Source: Fidelibacterota bacterium (GTDB taxonomy: Bacteria > Fidelibacterota > UBA2242). From it: a DNA stretch of 64,000 nt. The stretch is from the NCBI GenBank assembly GCA_049975265.1, contig JBNGDF010000009.1, forward strand, positions 10,295 through 74,294. The letters are read 5' to 3'. The notes under the pieces were generated by a model. The model saw nothing but the letters and a program-made list of their open reading frames with translations, was not told where the DNA came from and ran no database searches. Below are positions 30,409 through 39,502 of this stretch, piece by piece; the stretch's first letter is position 1; the number at the start of each line of letters is the position of its first letter. The position numbers and the translations under genes were made by a program.

Positions 30409-31335
30409 ATGAGCGAACGGATCGTCAAAATATCCCCTTGGAAAGAAAAATCCCGCCCGCCAGCGGGATTTTTTCTGAAGAGATTAAGCAGATCGTGGTT
30501 GCTCATTTCCGGATTATTACTGATTTTGACGAATCTGAAAGCGGATGTGGTTCTGGCCCTGCACGAGGCGGTGGGTGCTGAAGTGGACATTATCGAAAAG
30601 ACTCATTACCGGTTGTTTCCCGATATTCACAACTTTATCAGCGCTCAGTTTTATCTGCTCCCGAACGATAGCGTCGTTGCAAGGATTCAATCCTGGAATG
30701 CCGCCGAGCCGGTGACCTATTACCACAAATTTTACAGCCTTTATGAATTCCACCGGCTGGGACAGGAGATCGGCAGTCAGGCACCGCCCGAGCGGGAGAA
30801 AATTGAGTTTCTCCAGCGCAAATACAAACCGCTCTTCGCAGAAGAGCATCTGCGCCGGTTACCCTCCGATTCCTACTGCCTGATCAGGACAAAGGATCGT
30901 AAAGAGTACCAGGGACTTTTTGTGAAACTGAGTGGTCAAAATATCCGCATTCTGGATGATAACCAACTCCTGGATATTCCGGTTGCTTCTATCGCCACAT
31001 TGAAATATTGGGAAGTAGATCAACCGGTGAAAATTCTCCAATGGGCAACACTGGCGGGATTTGCCGCCATCGGATTGACTGGCGGACAGCTGGTTGCCGT
31101 CGTTCTAAGGATTTCCGCCCACCAGACCGGTCTGTATCTCTTTTCCGGTGCTGTTGTCGGAATTGCAGTCGGGTATCAGGCGATTCCCGTTATAGTGGAA
31201 AAACTTAGACCGAAAACCGTGATTGAGTTTCGTAAAAGCAAGATAAAAAGGCTTGACTCTATCGGACGTATCACCTATACTTTTAAAAAATTGAAAGGGA
31301 AAATATGCCGGACCCGCGAATCAGATCGAGACTAA
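30409..31335 (+). CDS. Hypothetical membrane protein
   Basis: 308-codon ORF with an N-terminal hydrophobic segment and two C-terminal TM helices; true start probably downstream of the 30446-30474 hairpin. Confidence 0.65.
   Translation: MSERIVKISPWKEKSRPPAGFFLKRLSRSWLLISGLLLILTNLKADVVLALHEAVGAEVDIIEKTHYRLFPDIHNFISAQFYLLPNDSVVARIQSWNAAEPVTYYHKFYSLYEFHRLGQEIGSQAPPEREKIEFLQRKYKPLFAEEHLRRLPSDSYCLIRTKDRKEYQGLFVKLSGQNIRILDDNQLLDIPVASIATLKYWEVDQPVKILQWATLAGFAAIGLTGGQLVAVVLRISAHQTGLYLFSGAVVGIAVGYQAIPVIVEKLRPKTVIEFRKSKIKRLDSIGRITYTFKKLKGKICRTRESDRD
30446..30474 (+). terminator. Intrinsic terminator (possibly bidirectional)
   Basis: aaaaatcccgc-ccgcca-gcgggatttttt hairpin with T tract about 40 nt after the FecR-barrel stop. 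Confidence 0.7.
31253..31281 (+). promoter_or_regulatory. Sigma70-type promoter
   Basis: TTGACT-17 nt-TATACT ending 23 nt before ATG 31305. Confidence 0.7.
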
Positions 31336-31826
31336 ACCGCCGAACAGACAGAGACGCTGAGGCGCAGGAACAGGATCGCCGCAACGATATCGATTTCAGT
31401 GAGCCTGACAAGCGTCGCGACTACCTGAAACAGCGGCTGGATGATATTCTGGACAATATCGGGCAGAGCTATGGAAAGCGGATGGCGGAGGAGCTGATGA
31501 AGCGACTGCAGAAGACGGTTCTGGATTTTAATGCAGAAGTCAATCAGATGCTGGACAAACTGGAAGTAATCGAAGAGGAACGGCGCAAAGAGGCGGAGGC
31601 AGAAAAGGTTTCGGCTGAGCAGCCTGTGGATACGAAAGCGGGCGAAGGGGGTGAGGGAGAGACGGAGCCCTCGGAAGACGAATTTGCCAATATGAGTGAT
31701 TTTGAAAAGCGGATCGAGATGCTGGAGCGGAAGAAAAAACAGAACAACGATGAGATAAAAAAAGCCGCCGAAGAAGCCGAAAAAAAGCCGCAGAAAAAAG
31801 GGCTGTTTCGCCGTAAAAATAAATAA
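31305..31826 (+). CDS. Hypothetical charged coiled-coil protein
   Basis: 173-aa ORF with consensus promoter and AAGGGA RBS; ends KKGLFRRKNK. Confidence 0.75.
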   Translation: MPDPRIRSRLNRRTDRDAEAQEQDRRNDIDFSEPDKRRDYLKQRLDDILDNIGQSYGKRMAEELMKRLQKTVLDFNAEVNQMLDKLEVIEEERRKEAEAEKVSAEQPVDTKAGEGGEGETEPSEDEFANMSDFEKRIEMLERKKKQNNDEIKKAAEEAEKKPQKKGLFRRKNK

Positions 31827-31881
31827 ATTAGTTTTTTGAAACCAGAGCGGATTTTAATAAGTTTAACCCTGCTTTTTGAAT

Positions 31882-31954
31882 GGGGCTGTAGCTCAGCTGG
31901 GAGAGCGCAGCGTTCGCAATGCTGAGGTCGTGGGTTCGATCCCCATCAGCTCCA
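31882..31954 (+). tRNA. tRNA-Ala (CGC)
   Basis: ggggctg/cagctcc acceptor with G3:U70; anticodon arm cagcg-ttcgcaa-tgctg; GTTCGAT T loop; CCA not encoded. Confidence 0.96.
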
Positions 31955-31977
31955 CTGATCTTTGATGAGACACCCTA

Positions 31978-32250
31978 TGGCTATGCTACACGGGGAGCCA
32001 GCGGTGCCCTGTAACCTGCAAACCGCTATAGCAGGGTGGAAGCCAGGCAGCGGGTCATGTTTTTGGTTATTTCGTTGTGATGTGCAGCGATGACACTTTC
32101 CATTTTGCGCAATAAAAGGTTGGCAAACCCCGTCAGGCCCGGAAGGGAGCAGCGGTAGCCGGTTCTTTTATGTGCCGCAAAATACCCGAAAGCGAGCCCG
32201 CAGTCATAACGGAGTAGTGAAAAACGGATTCAATGCCTGGTGCATAGCCA
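31978..32250 (+). ncRNA. ffs: Large (Alu-domain-containing) bacterial SRP RNA
   Basis: Terminal stem tggctatgc/gcatagcca; Alu-like ggggagccagcggtgccctgtaacctgcaaaccgctatagcaggg; S-domain tcaggcccggaagggagcagc (32133-32153); directly upstream of dnaX. Confidence 0.93.
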
Positions 32251-32259
32251 GTTTTTATT

Positions 32260-33915
32260 ATGAGTTATCAAGCAATATCCCGCAAATATCGCCCACAAAC
32301 ATTCGATGAGGTCATTGGTCAGTCCCATATCTGTGCCACGCTGAAGAATGCCATCAAAGCCAACCGGATTTCCCACGCCTATCTATTCACCGGTTCCCGG
32401 GGTATCGGCAAGACCTCCACTGCCCGGATTCTTGCCAAGAGTCTGAACTGCCTGCAGCCAAAGGGCGTCGATCCCTGTAATGAATGCCAAAACTGCAAAG
32501 AAATTACCGCCGGAAACAGCATGGATGTTCTGGAAATCGACGGCGCTTCGAACCGCGGGATCGATCAGATTCGGGACCTCCGGGAAAATGTCAAGTATCC
32601 GCCTTCCAACTCCAAATACCGGATTTTTATTATTGATGAAGTGCACATGCTGACCAAGGAGGCTTTCAACGCCCTGCTGAAGACCCTGGAAGAGCCGCCC
32701 AGTCATGTGATTTTTATCTTTGCCACCACCGAACCGCTGAAGATTCCGGCGACGATTATTTCCCGCTGCCAGCGCTATGATTTCCACCGAATTCCAATTC
32801 GCGAAATCGCTGATCATTTAAAAAAGATCGCTGGCAAGGAGCAGGTGGAGATAGCGCCGGAGATTCTGATGCTCCTGGCAAAAAAAGCCGGAGGCGGAAT
32901 GCGGGATGCCGAGAGTCTTCTCGACCAGTTGATTGCCTTTTCCGGGCAGTCGGTTTCCAGTGACGACGCCAAACAGGTACTCAGCCTGATCGATTATGAT
33001 TATTATTTCGACATTGGGAATAAAATTCTTGCCAACGATACCGCCGCGCTTTTACAGATTGCCGGAAATGTTATCGATGAAGGAATCAATCTGAGTGAAT
33101 TCTTTTCGGGCTTTTCGGAGCATTTTCGAAATCTGCTGATCGCCAAGTCGACCGGTTCGGTGGCGATGCTGGATATGCTGGACGATATGAAAGAGCGTTA
33201 TGTCGAAGAGAGCCAAAAATGGGAAGTCGGCGACCTTTTACGCCTGATTAAATTGATCAATGAAGCCGAAATCGGTCTGAAAAATGCACTGAATCAGCGC
33301 CTGTACATCGAATTCAACCTGTTCCGTTTGGGAGTGATGACAAAAACGGTAACCGTTGAGGAGATTTTAGGAGCACTGAACAACCCCTCCTATTTTTCTA
33401 AAACCACGCAGGTCCGTGAAACCACCGATCTGTTCCAGTCTCCCGACTCTAAAACCGCACCGGTAAAGAATGAACCGGTAAAATCGGTACAAGAACGAGA
33501 TAAACGAATCCCACCCGAACAGTCTGAGGAAAGCCGGCAGACAAAGTCACCAATTGAATCAGAAAAATCTGAAATTACTATTGATACGGTAAAGGAAAAA
33601 TGGGAGACACTTATCGCCAATGTCGCCAGTACCAATCCTTCGGTGGCATCGTTTTTAAGCATGGGGCAACCGGAAGCGATCGAAGGCAAGCGCCTCACGA
33701 TTGTATTCCGGAATGGAGCAACCTTTCATCTGAAGAGTATTCAGTCGAAAGCCGCGCTGATCGAAGCATGCCTCGAAAAAATCCTCGGTCAATCGCTGAA
33801 AATCAAATGTATTGAATCGGCGGTAAAGGATTCCGCCGGTAGTGACACGGAAACGATCAACACCATTACCCGGAAGGTTATCGATATCTTCGGCGGTGAA
33901 ATCATTCCAACATAA
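32260..33915 (+). CDS. dnaX: DNA polymerase III subunit gamma/tau
   Basis: RKYRPQTF, GSRGIGKT, zinc-binding Cys, IDEVHML, SRCQ. Confidence 0.97.
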   Translation: MSYQAISRKYRPQTFDEVIGQSHICATLKNAIKANRISHAYLFTGSRGIGKTSTARILAKSLNCLQPKGVDPCNECQNCKEITAGNSMDVLEIDGASNRGIDQIRDLRENVKYPPSNSKYRIFIIDEVHMLTKEAFNALLKTLEEPPSHVIFIFATTEPLKIPATIISRCQRYDFHRIPIREIADHLKKIAGKEQVEIAPEILMLLAKKAGGGMRDAESLLDQLIAFSGQSVSSDDAKQVLSLIDYDYYFDIGNKILANDTAALLQIAGNVIDEGINLSEFFSGFSEHFRNLLIAKSTGSVAMLDMLDDMKERYVEESQKWEVGDLLRLIKLINEAEIGLKNALNQRLYIEFNLFRLGVMTKTVTVEEILGALNNPSYFSKTTQVRETTDLFQSPDSKTAPVKNEPVKSVQERDKRIPPEQSEESRQTKSPIESEKSEITIDTVKEKWETLIANVASTNPSVASFLSMGQPEAIEGKRLTIVFRNGATFHLKSIQSKAALIEACLEKILGQSLKIKCIESAVKDSAGSDTETINTITRKVIDIFGGEIIPT

Positions 33916-33920
33916 GGAGC

Positions 33921-34265
33921 ATGACAATGATACCCAAAGGCGGTTTGAATAATATGATGAAACAGTTTTCAAAAATGCAGCAACAGATGGAGAAAATCCA
34001 GGATGAACTGGCGGACCTGACCGTGGAAGGAAGTGCCGGCGGGGGAATGGTGAAAGTCATCGCCAACGGCAAACAGGAGATCATATCGGTTAAAATCGAT
34101 CCCGAAGTGATAACCGATGATATTGAGATGATTGAAGATTTGGTGGTCGCCGCCACAAATCAGGCGCTGACAAAAGCCCAGGAACTCTCACAGGAGAAAA
34201 TGGCGGGTCTGACCAGCGGACTGCTTCCCAATCTGCCCGGGGGCTTTAAAATACCGGGACTATGA
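33921..34265 (+). CDS. ybaB: YbaB/EbfC nucleoid-associated protein
   Basis: EGSAGGGMVKV, EDLVVAA; dnaX-ybaB-recR synteny. Confidence 0.95.
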   Translation: MTMIPKGGLNNMMKQFSKMQQQMEKIQDELADLTVEGSAGGGMVKVIANGKQEIISVKIDPEVITDDIEMIEDLVVAATNQALTKAQELSQEKMAGLTSGLLPNLPGGFKIPGL

Positions 34266-34855
34266 ATATGTTACCCGCATCTCTGCAGACTTTGATCGAT
34301 CGCCTTTCCCGTTTTCCGGGGGTTGGCAACAAGTCGGCTCAACGGCTCGCTTTTTTTATTCTGAAACATTCAAGGGAGGATGCCGTCGCTCTGGCAAAGG
34401 CGATCATTGACGTGAAAGACCGTATTTCCGAGTGCAGCCAGTGCCACAATATCGCCGAAACAGACCCCTGCCATATCTGCAGTGACCCGAAGCGTGATCG
34501 TAGCACTCTGTGTGTCGTTCAGGATGTCATGGATGTGCTGGCGATTGAAAAGATCAGTCGGTACCGAGGTCTTTATCACGTTCTCGGTGGCGTTCTCTCG
34601 CCGCTGAACGGAATCGGTCCCGAAGATTTGCACATTGACGATCTGATGACCCGCCTGGATAACGTCAAGGAGGTGATATTGGCTATCAATCCAAGCCGTG
34701 ACGGTGAAACCACGTCCCTTTATTTGCAAAAATTGTTGAAGGATAAGGGTGTCCGGATCAGCCGGATTGCACAGGGCTTGCCGATGGGAATCGACCTGGA
34801 ATTTGCCGACGAGCTGACGTTGACAAAGGCGTTGGAGGGCAGAACGTTATTATAA
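34262..34855 (+). CDS. recR: Recombination mediator RecR
   Basis: PGVGNKSAQRLA HhH, C4 zinc finger, YHVLGG toprim domain. Confidence 0.97.
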   Translation: MNMLPASLQTLIDRLSRFPGVGNKSAQRLAFFILKHSREDAVALAKAIIDVKDRISECSQCHNIAETDPCHICSDPKRDRSTLCVVQDVMDVLAIEKISRYRGLYHVLGGVLSPLNGIGPEDLHIDDLMTRLDNVKEVILAINPSRDGETTSLYLQKLLKDKGVRISRIAQGLPMGIDLEFADELTLTKALEGRTLL

Positions 34856-35460
34856 TGAGCAAAAGGGTTTTAACTCGCGCCAATTTTGTGACAACTTCCA
34901 GAATTCTGTTAACACCGCTGTTTCTCTATTTTCTCTTCGGTGGACGGGAATATTTCGAAATCTTTGCGCTGATCATCTTTATTATTGCTTCGGTGACCGA
35001 TGCATACGATGGGTATGTAGCCCGGAAATACCGGGAAGAGACACCACTGGGTAAATTTCTGGATCCCCTGGCGGATAAGGTTCTCATGTCGGCGGCTTTT
35101 ATCTCCTTTGTGATTATGGATTTAATTCCGCTCTGGATGGTCATTCTGGTTATTCTGCGTGATTTTATGGTGACCGGCATTCGGATTATGATGTCCACGC
35201 GGGATAAAATCATGGTTACCCGTAAATCGGCAAAAGCCAAAACCGGTGCTCAGATCGGGGCCGTCTGCTTCATTCTCGTTTATATCATAACCCAGCGCTG
35301 GAAAATATTTTTCGGAATATCGGATTATGTTAAAATATTAGAAGATTATCATGTCATTTATATCCTCATGCTGCTGGTTACGATATTTACCGTATGGACA
35401 GGCATTGAGTATATCATCGTCAATCGACAAGTGTTCAAAGAATATCTGCGAAAGTCTTGA
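34855..35460 (+). CDS. pgsA: CDP-diacylglycerol--glycerol-3-phosphate 3-phosphatidyltransferase
   Basis: TDAYDGYVAR...LGKFLDPLADK CDP-alcohol phosphotransferase motif. Confidence 0.92.
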   Translation: MSKRVLTRANFVTTSRILLTPLFLYFLFGGREYFEIFALIIFIIASVTDAYDGYVARKYREETPLGKFLDPLADKVLMSAAFISFVIMDLIPLWMVILVILRDFMVTGIRIMMSTRDKIMVTRKSAKAKTGAQIGAVCFILVYIITQRWKIFFGISDYVKILEDYHVIYILMLLVTIFTVWTGIEYIIVNRQVFKEYLRKS

Positions 35461-35924
35461 AGAAAATTTCATTAATTAGAACGGCAGCCTCGTTTTTTTA
35501 TGTCGGCTTTTTTCCGGTTGCGCCCGGCACATGGGCAAGTCTGATCGCCATGCTGATCTGGCTGTTGCTGCCGGTTCAGTCCGTTATCATCCGGACCATT
35601 ATCGTCGGTCTGGCATTTGTCACTGGACTCTATGTAGCCAATGCCGCCGAGATACAGGCTGGTGTCGACGATCCGGCGTATGTGGTGATTGACGAGGTAG
35701 CGGGAATGTGGCTGGCGCTGCTGCTGCTGCCGAAATTCGAATATCCGCAATCTTTTTTATGGGCGCTGATCGCTTTTCTGATCTTTCGAATTTTCGATAT
35801 CACCAAAATTTTTCCCATTAACAGGCTGGAAAAGATGAGTGGCGGTTTCGGGATTATGCTGGATGATATTGCCGCCGGTCTCTTTACCGCCGTGCTGCTC
35901 AATCTGATCATCTGGATCGTATAA
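35457..35924 (+). CDS. pgpA: Phosphatidylglycerophosphatase A
   Basis: APGTWAS, VVIDEVAG, FRIFDITK, GIMLDD. Confidence 0.93.
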   Translation: MKKISLIRTAASFFYVGFFPVAPGTWASLIAMLIWLLLPVQSVIIRTIIVGLAFVTGLYVANAAEIQAGVDDPAYVVIDEVAGMWLALLLLPKFEYPQSFLWALIAFLIFRIFDITKIFPINRLEKMSGGFGIMLDDIAAGLFTAVLLNLIIWIV

Positions 35925-35925
35925 C

Positions 35926-37164
35926 ATGATTGCCAAAATCATCGCCATCGGCAGTGAACTACTGAACGGTTCTGTCGCGGAATCCAATTCGCGTTTCCTA
36001 ATCAGCGCACTGAAGTCGATCGGGCTGTCCGTGGCTGCCGTCAAATTGATCAGGGATGACGTTGCTTCCATCGTAAGAGCGCTGGAATGCGAAAGTGATG
36101 CCGATATCCTGCTGATCACCGGAGGGCTCGGTCCCACTCACGACGATGTAACGGTGAAAGCGGCGGCGAACTATTTTCGGTGCGAACTGGTTTTCAGCGA
36201 TATCGCCATGCAGCGCATGCAGATGCTCTTCAAAAACCGGGGCGCTGCTGCTGTTCTGAATAATACAAATCGGCGACAGGCAATGGTGCCCGCAAAAGCA
36301 GAACTGATTCCAAATCCTATCGGAACCGCTCAGGGATTAAAATTCAAAAAGGGCAAAACAGTCTTCTATTTTATGCCAGGTGTGCCTGTCGAAATGGAAC
36401 AGATGATGACGGGCTGTATCCTACAGGAGCTCAGGCAGTTTTCCCATAAAGCGAATATCTCGACGACTATACATACCACCAGTGTCCCGGAATCCATCCT
36501 ATTTCGCAGGATAGAGCACTGGATTGAAAAAAATCAGGATATTGAGGTGTCGATATTGCCGCATTTCCCGGAAGTGGATATCGTGATTTCCGCTGATCTG
36601 TCAAAAGGGGGAAAACCGGGGTTTGAAAAAGCGTTGTCGGAGCTGACGGAGATTTTGGGTGATGATCGATACGGTGACAATCAAGATTCCTTGGAACTGG
36701 TCGTCGCTCGACAATTGCTGAGCAACCATTTGACCATCGCCACGGCGGAGTCCTGCACCGGAGGATTAATTGCCAACCGCCTGACCAATATTTCCGGCAG
36801 TTCCGCCTATTTTCGGCAGGGGATGATCTGCTATAGCAACCAATCGAAAACAGAGCAGCTGGGTGTGCCGGACAGGATATTGGCGGATTTTGGTGCCGTC
36901 AGCCGGCAGACTGCTCTGGAAATGGCGGTAAGCATCCGCCGGATCGCCCAGACCGACGTTGGTCTGAGCACAACCGGAATCGCCGGACCCACCGGAGGTT
37001 CAGCGGGAAAGCCAGTGGGGACGGTTTATATCGGACTGAACATCGGCGATCACCAGGTGGTCTTCCATTTTCGATACAACCGCGACCGGCTGTCCAATAA
37101 AATATACTTTTCGCAAATGGCTTTAAATCAATTACGACTACAATTAAAAAGGGTTTATGGATAA
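35926..37164 (+). CDS. cinA: Competence/damage-inducible protein CinA (MoCF-like + NMN deamidase)
   Basis: IGSELL, TGGLGPTHDD, PGVP, AESCTGG, TGIAGP. Confidence 0.95.
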   Translation: MIAKIIAIGSELLNGSVAESNSRFLISALKSIGLSVAAVKLIRDDVASIVRALECESDADILLITGGLGPTHDDVTVKAAANYFRCELVFSDIAMQRMQMLFKNRGAAAVLNNTNRRQAMVPAKAELIPNPIGTAQGLKFKKGKTVFYFMPGVPVEMEQMMTGCILQELRQFSHKANISTTIHTTSVPESILFRRIEHWIEKNQDIEVSILPHFPEVDIVISADLSKGGKPGFEKALSELTEILGDDRYGDNQDSLELVVARQLLSNHLTIATAESCTGGLIANRLTNISGSSAYFRQGMICYSNQSKTEQLGVPDRILADFGAVSRQTALEMAVSIRRIAQTDVGLSTTGIAGPTGGSAGKPVGTVYIGLNIGDHQVVFHFRYNRDRLSNKIYFSQMALNQLRLQLKRVYG

Positions 37165-37726
37165 GCGTCTTTTTCTTGCGGTAAACGTTTCAGAGCAGAC
37201 CCGCTCGCTGATCCGGGCTGTTCAATCAGAACTGCATTTTGACAAGTCCAGGATTCGATTTGTCAGTCCGCAGAACGTGCATGTGACCCTGAAATTTCTG
37301 GGCGATGTACCTGCTGATCGGATTCCTCAGATCATTCGCCAGGTTGAAAGTTCTCTTAGCAGTTTTCAAAATTTTAATTATATTTGTGAAGGGACCGGTG
37401 TGTTTCCCAATATTAAAAAACCGCGTGTGCTCTGGCTGGGAATCACGGAGGGCTCGGAAATTTTGAGTGAGTTGAGTCTAATTCTAAATGATGCGCTAAA
37501 AGAAGAAATGCCTGTAAATCAGGAAGATAGGGAATTTCACTCGCATATTACCTTAGGTCGTGTGAAGTATTTCAATTTTCAGAAAGATGCTGTTGATTTG
37601 CGCCGGTTTTTAGAGATGAAATTTGAGAAGATCGTCAATAGAGTGGGAGAAGTTGTGCTCTATGAGAGTTTTTTGAGACCCAAAGGGGCAGTCTACAATG
37701 CCGTGCATAAATTTAAATTAACATAG
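37157..37726 (+). CDS. thpR: RNA 2',3'-cyclic phosphodiesterase (2H family)
   Basis: Two HxT motifs: HVTLKFLG and HITLGR. Confidence 0.92.
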   Translation: MDKRLFLAVNVSEQTRSLIRAVQSELHFDKSRIRFVSPQNVHVTLKFLGDVPADRIPQIIRQVESSLSSFQNFNYICEGTGVFPNIKKPRVLWLGITEGSEILSELSLILNDALKEEMPVNQEDREFHSHITLGRVKYFNFQKDAVDLRRFLEMKFEKIVNRVGEVVLYESFLRPKGAVYNAVHKFKLT

Positions 37727-37744
37727 AAAACAGGAGTATCCATT

Positions 37745-38776
37745 ATGGCCACTTCAGCTGACAATAAGGAACGGGCTCTCGAATTGGCGGTATCCCAGAT
37801 TGATCGCCAGTTCGGAAAGGGTTCAATTATGCGTCTCGGGGATGACAACATCAAAATTCCAGCGGAGGTGATTTCCACCGGCTGTCTGACACTGGATGCT
37901 GCGATCGGAATAGGAGGCATTCCCAGAGGTCGGATTACCGAGATTTACGGACCGGAATCCTCCGGTAAAACAACCCTGGCGTTGCATGTGGTGGCAGAAG
38001 CTCAGAAAAAGGGCGGATATGCCGCTTTTATCGATGCCGAACATGCACTGGACCCAAATTACGCCGCTAAACTGGGTGTCAAAACAAAGGACCTGCTGAT
38101 TTCGCAGCCGGATAACGGCGAGCAGGCATTGGAGATTACGGAAACGCTGGTCCGCAGCAATGCTATTGACGTGATTGTGATTGATTCTGTGGCGGCGCTG
38201 GTTCCGCGTGCGGAGTTGGAAGGCGAGATGGGTGATTCTCATGTTGGCTTGCAGGCGCGTCTGATGTCGCAGGCACTTCGCAAACTCACAGGCGCCGTTA
38301 ATAAGTCGCGCACCTCGGTTATTTTCATTAATCAGATTCGGGAAAAAATCGGGGTAATGTTCGGTAATCCGGAGACCACCACCGGAGGACGCGCCCTGAA
38401 GTTTTATACCTCCGTGCGTCTGGAAATCAGGCGGATCGGTTCGCTCAAGGAGGGGAACAGTAATATCGGTAACCGGGTGCGGGTCAAAGTCGTGAAAAAT
38501 AAGATGGCGCCGCCCTTTCGTGAAACGGAATTTGATATTATGTACGGTGCCGGTATTTCCTACGAAGGCGACGTGCTCGATGCCGCTGTAGAGGGTGATA
38601 TCATCCAGAAAAGCGGCTCCTGGTTTTCGTTCGGCGATGAGCGGATCGGGCAGGGGCGCGAAAATGCCAAGCAGTATCTGCTTGAAAACCGGGAGACTTT
38701 CGACAAGGTCGAAGCCCAGGTGCGGGAATTTTTAGGGCTCTCCGTAAAACCGGCGTCGGATAAAAAAACCGAATAG
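37745..38776 (+). CDS. recA: Recombinase RecA
   Basis: [36 protein letters not shown]. Confidence 0.99.
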   Translation: MATSADNKERALELAVSQIDRQFGKGSIMRLGDDNIKIPAEVISTGCLTLDAAIGIGGIPRGRITEIYGPESSGKTTLALHVVAEAQKKGGYAAFIDAEHALDPNYAAKLGVKTKDLLISQPDNGEQALEITETLVRSNAIDVIVIDSVAALVPRAELEGEMGDSHVGLQARLMSQALRKLTGAVNKSRTSVIFINQIREKIGVMFGNPETTTGGRALKFYTSVRLEIRRIGSLKEGNSNIGNRVRVKVVKNKMAPPFRETEFDIMYGAGISYEGDVLDAAVEGDIIQKSGSWFSFGDERIGQGRENAKQYLLENRETFDKVEAQVREFLGLSVKPASDKKTE

Positions 38777-38781
38777 AAACC

Positions 38782-39444
38782 TTGATCAGCCGGGAATATA
38801 GTGCGAAAAACGAGGATTCAGGCGGCAGAATAACCAAAATTGCATTCCAGAAAAAGCGAGTAGATCGCCGGTCGGTTTTTATCGACGGCGATTATGCTTT
38901 TAGTGTGTCCGAAGCGACCTTCCGGCTGTTTCCTCTTCAGCAGGATCAATGGCTGACAGCAAAACAGATCGAGATCATTAAAAATCATGAGGATTTCGAG
39001 AAAACCAGGGAAGCGGCTCTCAAATATCTGGCACTCCGGATGCGCAGTGAATTTGAACTGAAATCCTATTTAAAGCGAAAAGGATTTTCACCGCAAAATA
39101 TACGGAGAGTGTTGAATTACTTTCGGGAGCACCGGTATCTTGATGATCGAAAATTCGCCGAACTGCTGGTTCGGGATATGACGACTATCAATCGTTACGG
39201 ACGCTATAAAATGATTGCCCAATTGCACAAACGCGGAATCTCGTCTACCACCATTAAAGAGGTCCTGGCTGAGCATATCGATACATCCGATCAGCTGCAA
39301 AACGCTCTGACGCTTGCCGAGAAAAAATTGGCATCGCTGAAGAATACTGGATCTGTCAGAGAAAAATTATACCGCTACCTGAAACAGAGAGGTTTTGATT
39401 ACGCAGTCATTACGGAAGTGATCAACCGTTTGTTAAAAACCTGA
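38782..39444 (+). CDS. recX: Regulatory protein RecX
   Basis: ALKYLALRMRSEFEL, YLDDRKFA, YLKQRGF; follows recA. Confidence 0.92.
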   Translation: MISREYSAKNEDSGGRITKIAFQKKRVDRRSVFIDGDYAFSVSEATFRLFPLQQDQWLTAKQIEIIKNHEDFEKTREAALKYLALRMRSEFELKSYLKRKGFSPQNIRRVLNYFREHRYLDDRKFAELLVRDMTTINRYGRYKMIAQLHKRGISSTTIKEVLAEHIDTSDQLQNALTLAEKKLASLKNTGSVREKLYRYLKQRGFDYAVITEVINRLLKT

Positions 39445-39502
39445 AATAAACCCGAAAAATTTTGTATATTTGGTCGGTTTAAGAAATATCGGGAAACGGA
39501 AT

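Noticed and set aside
32880..32887. A7G run in dnaX as a programmed -1 frameshift site
   Set aside because: Falls near codon 207, inside the clamp-loader core, too early to yield a functional gamma subunit.
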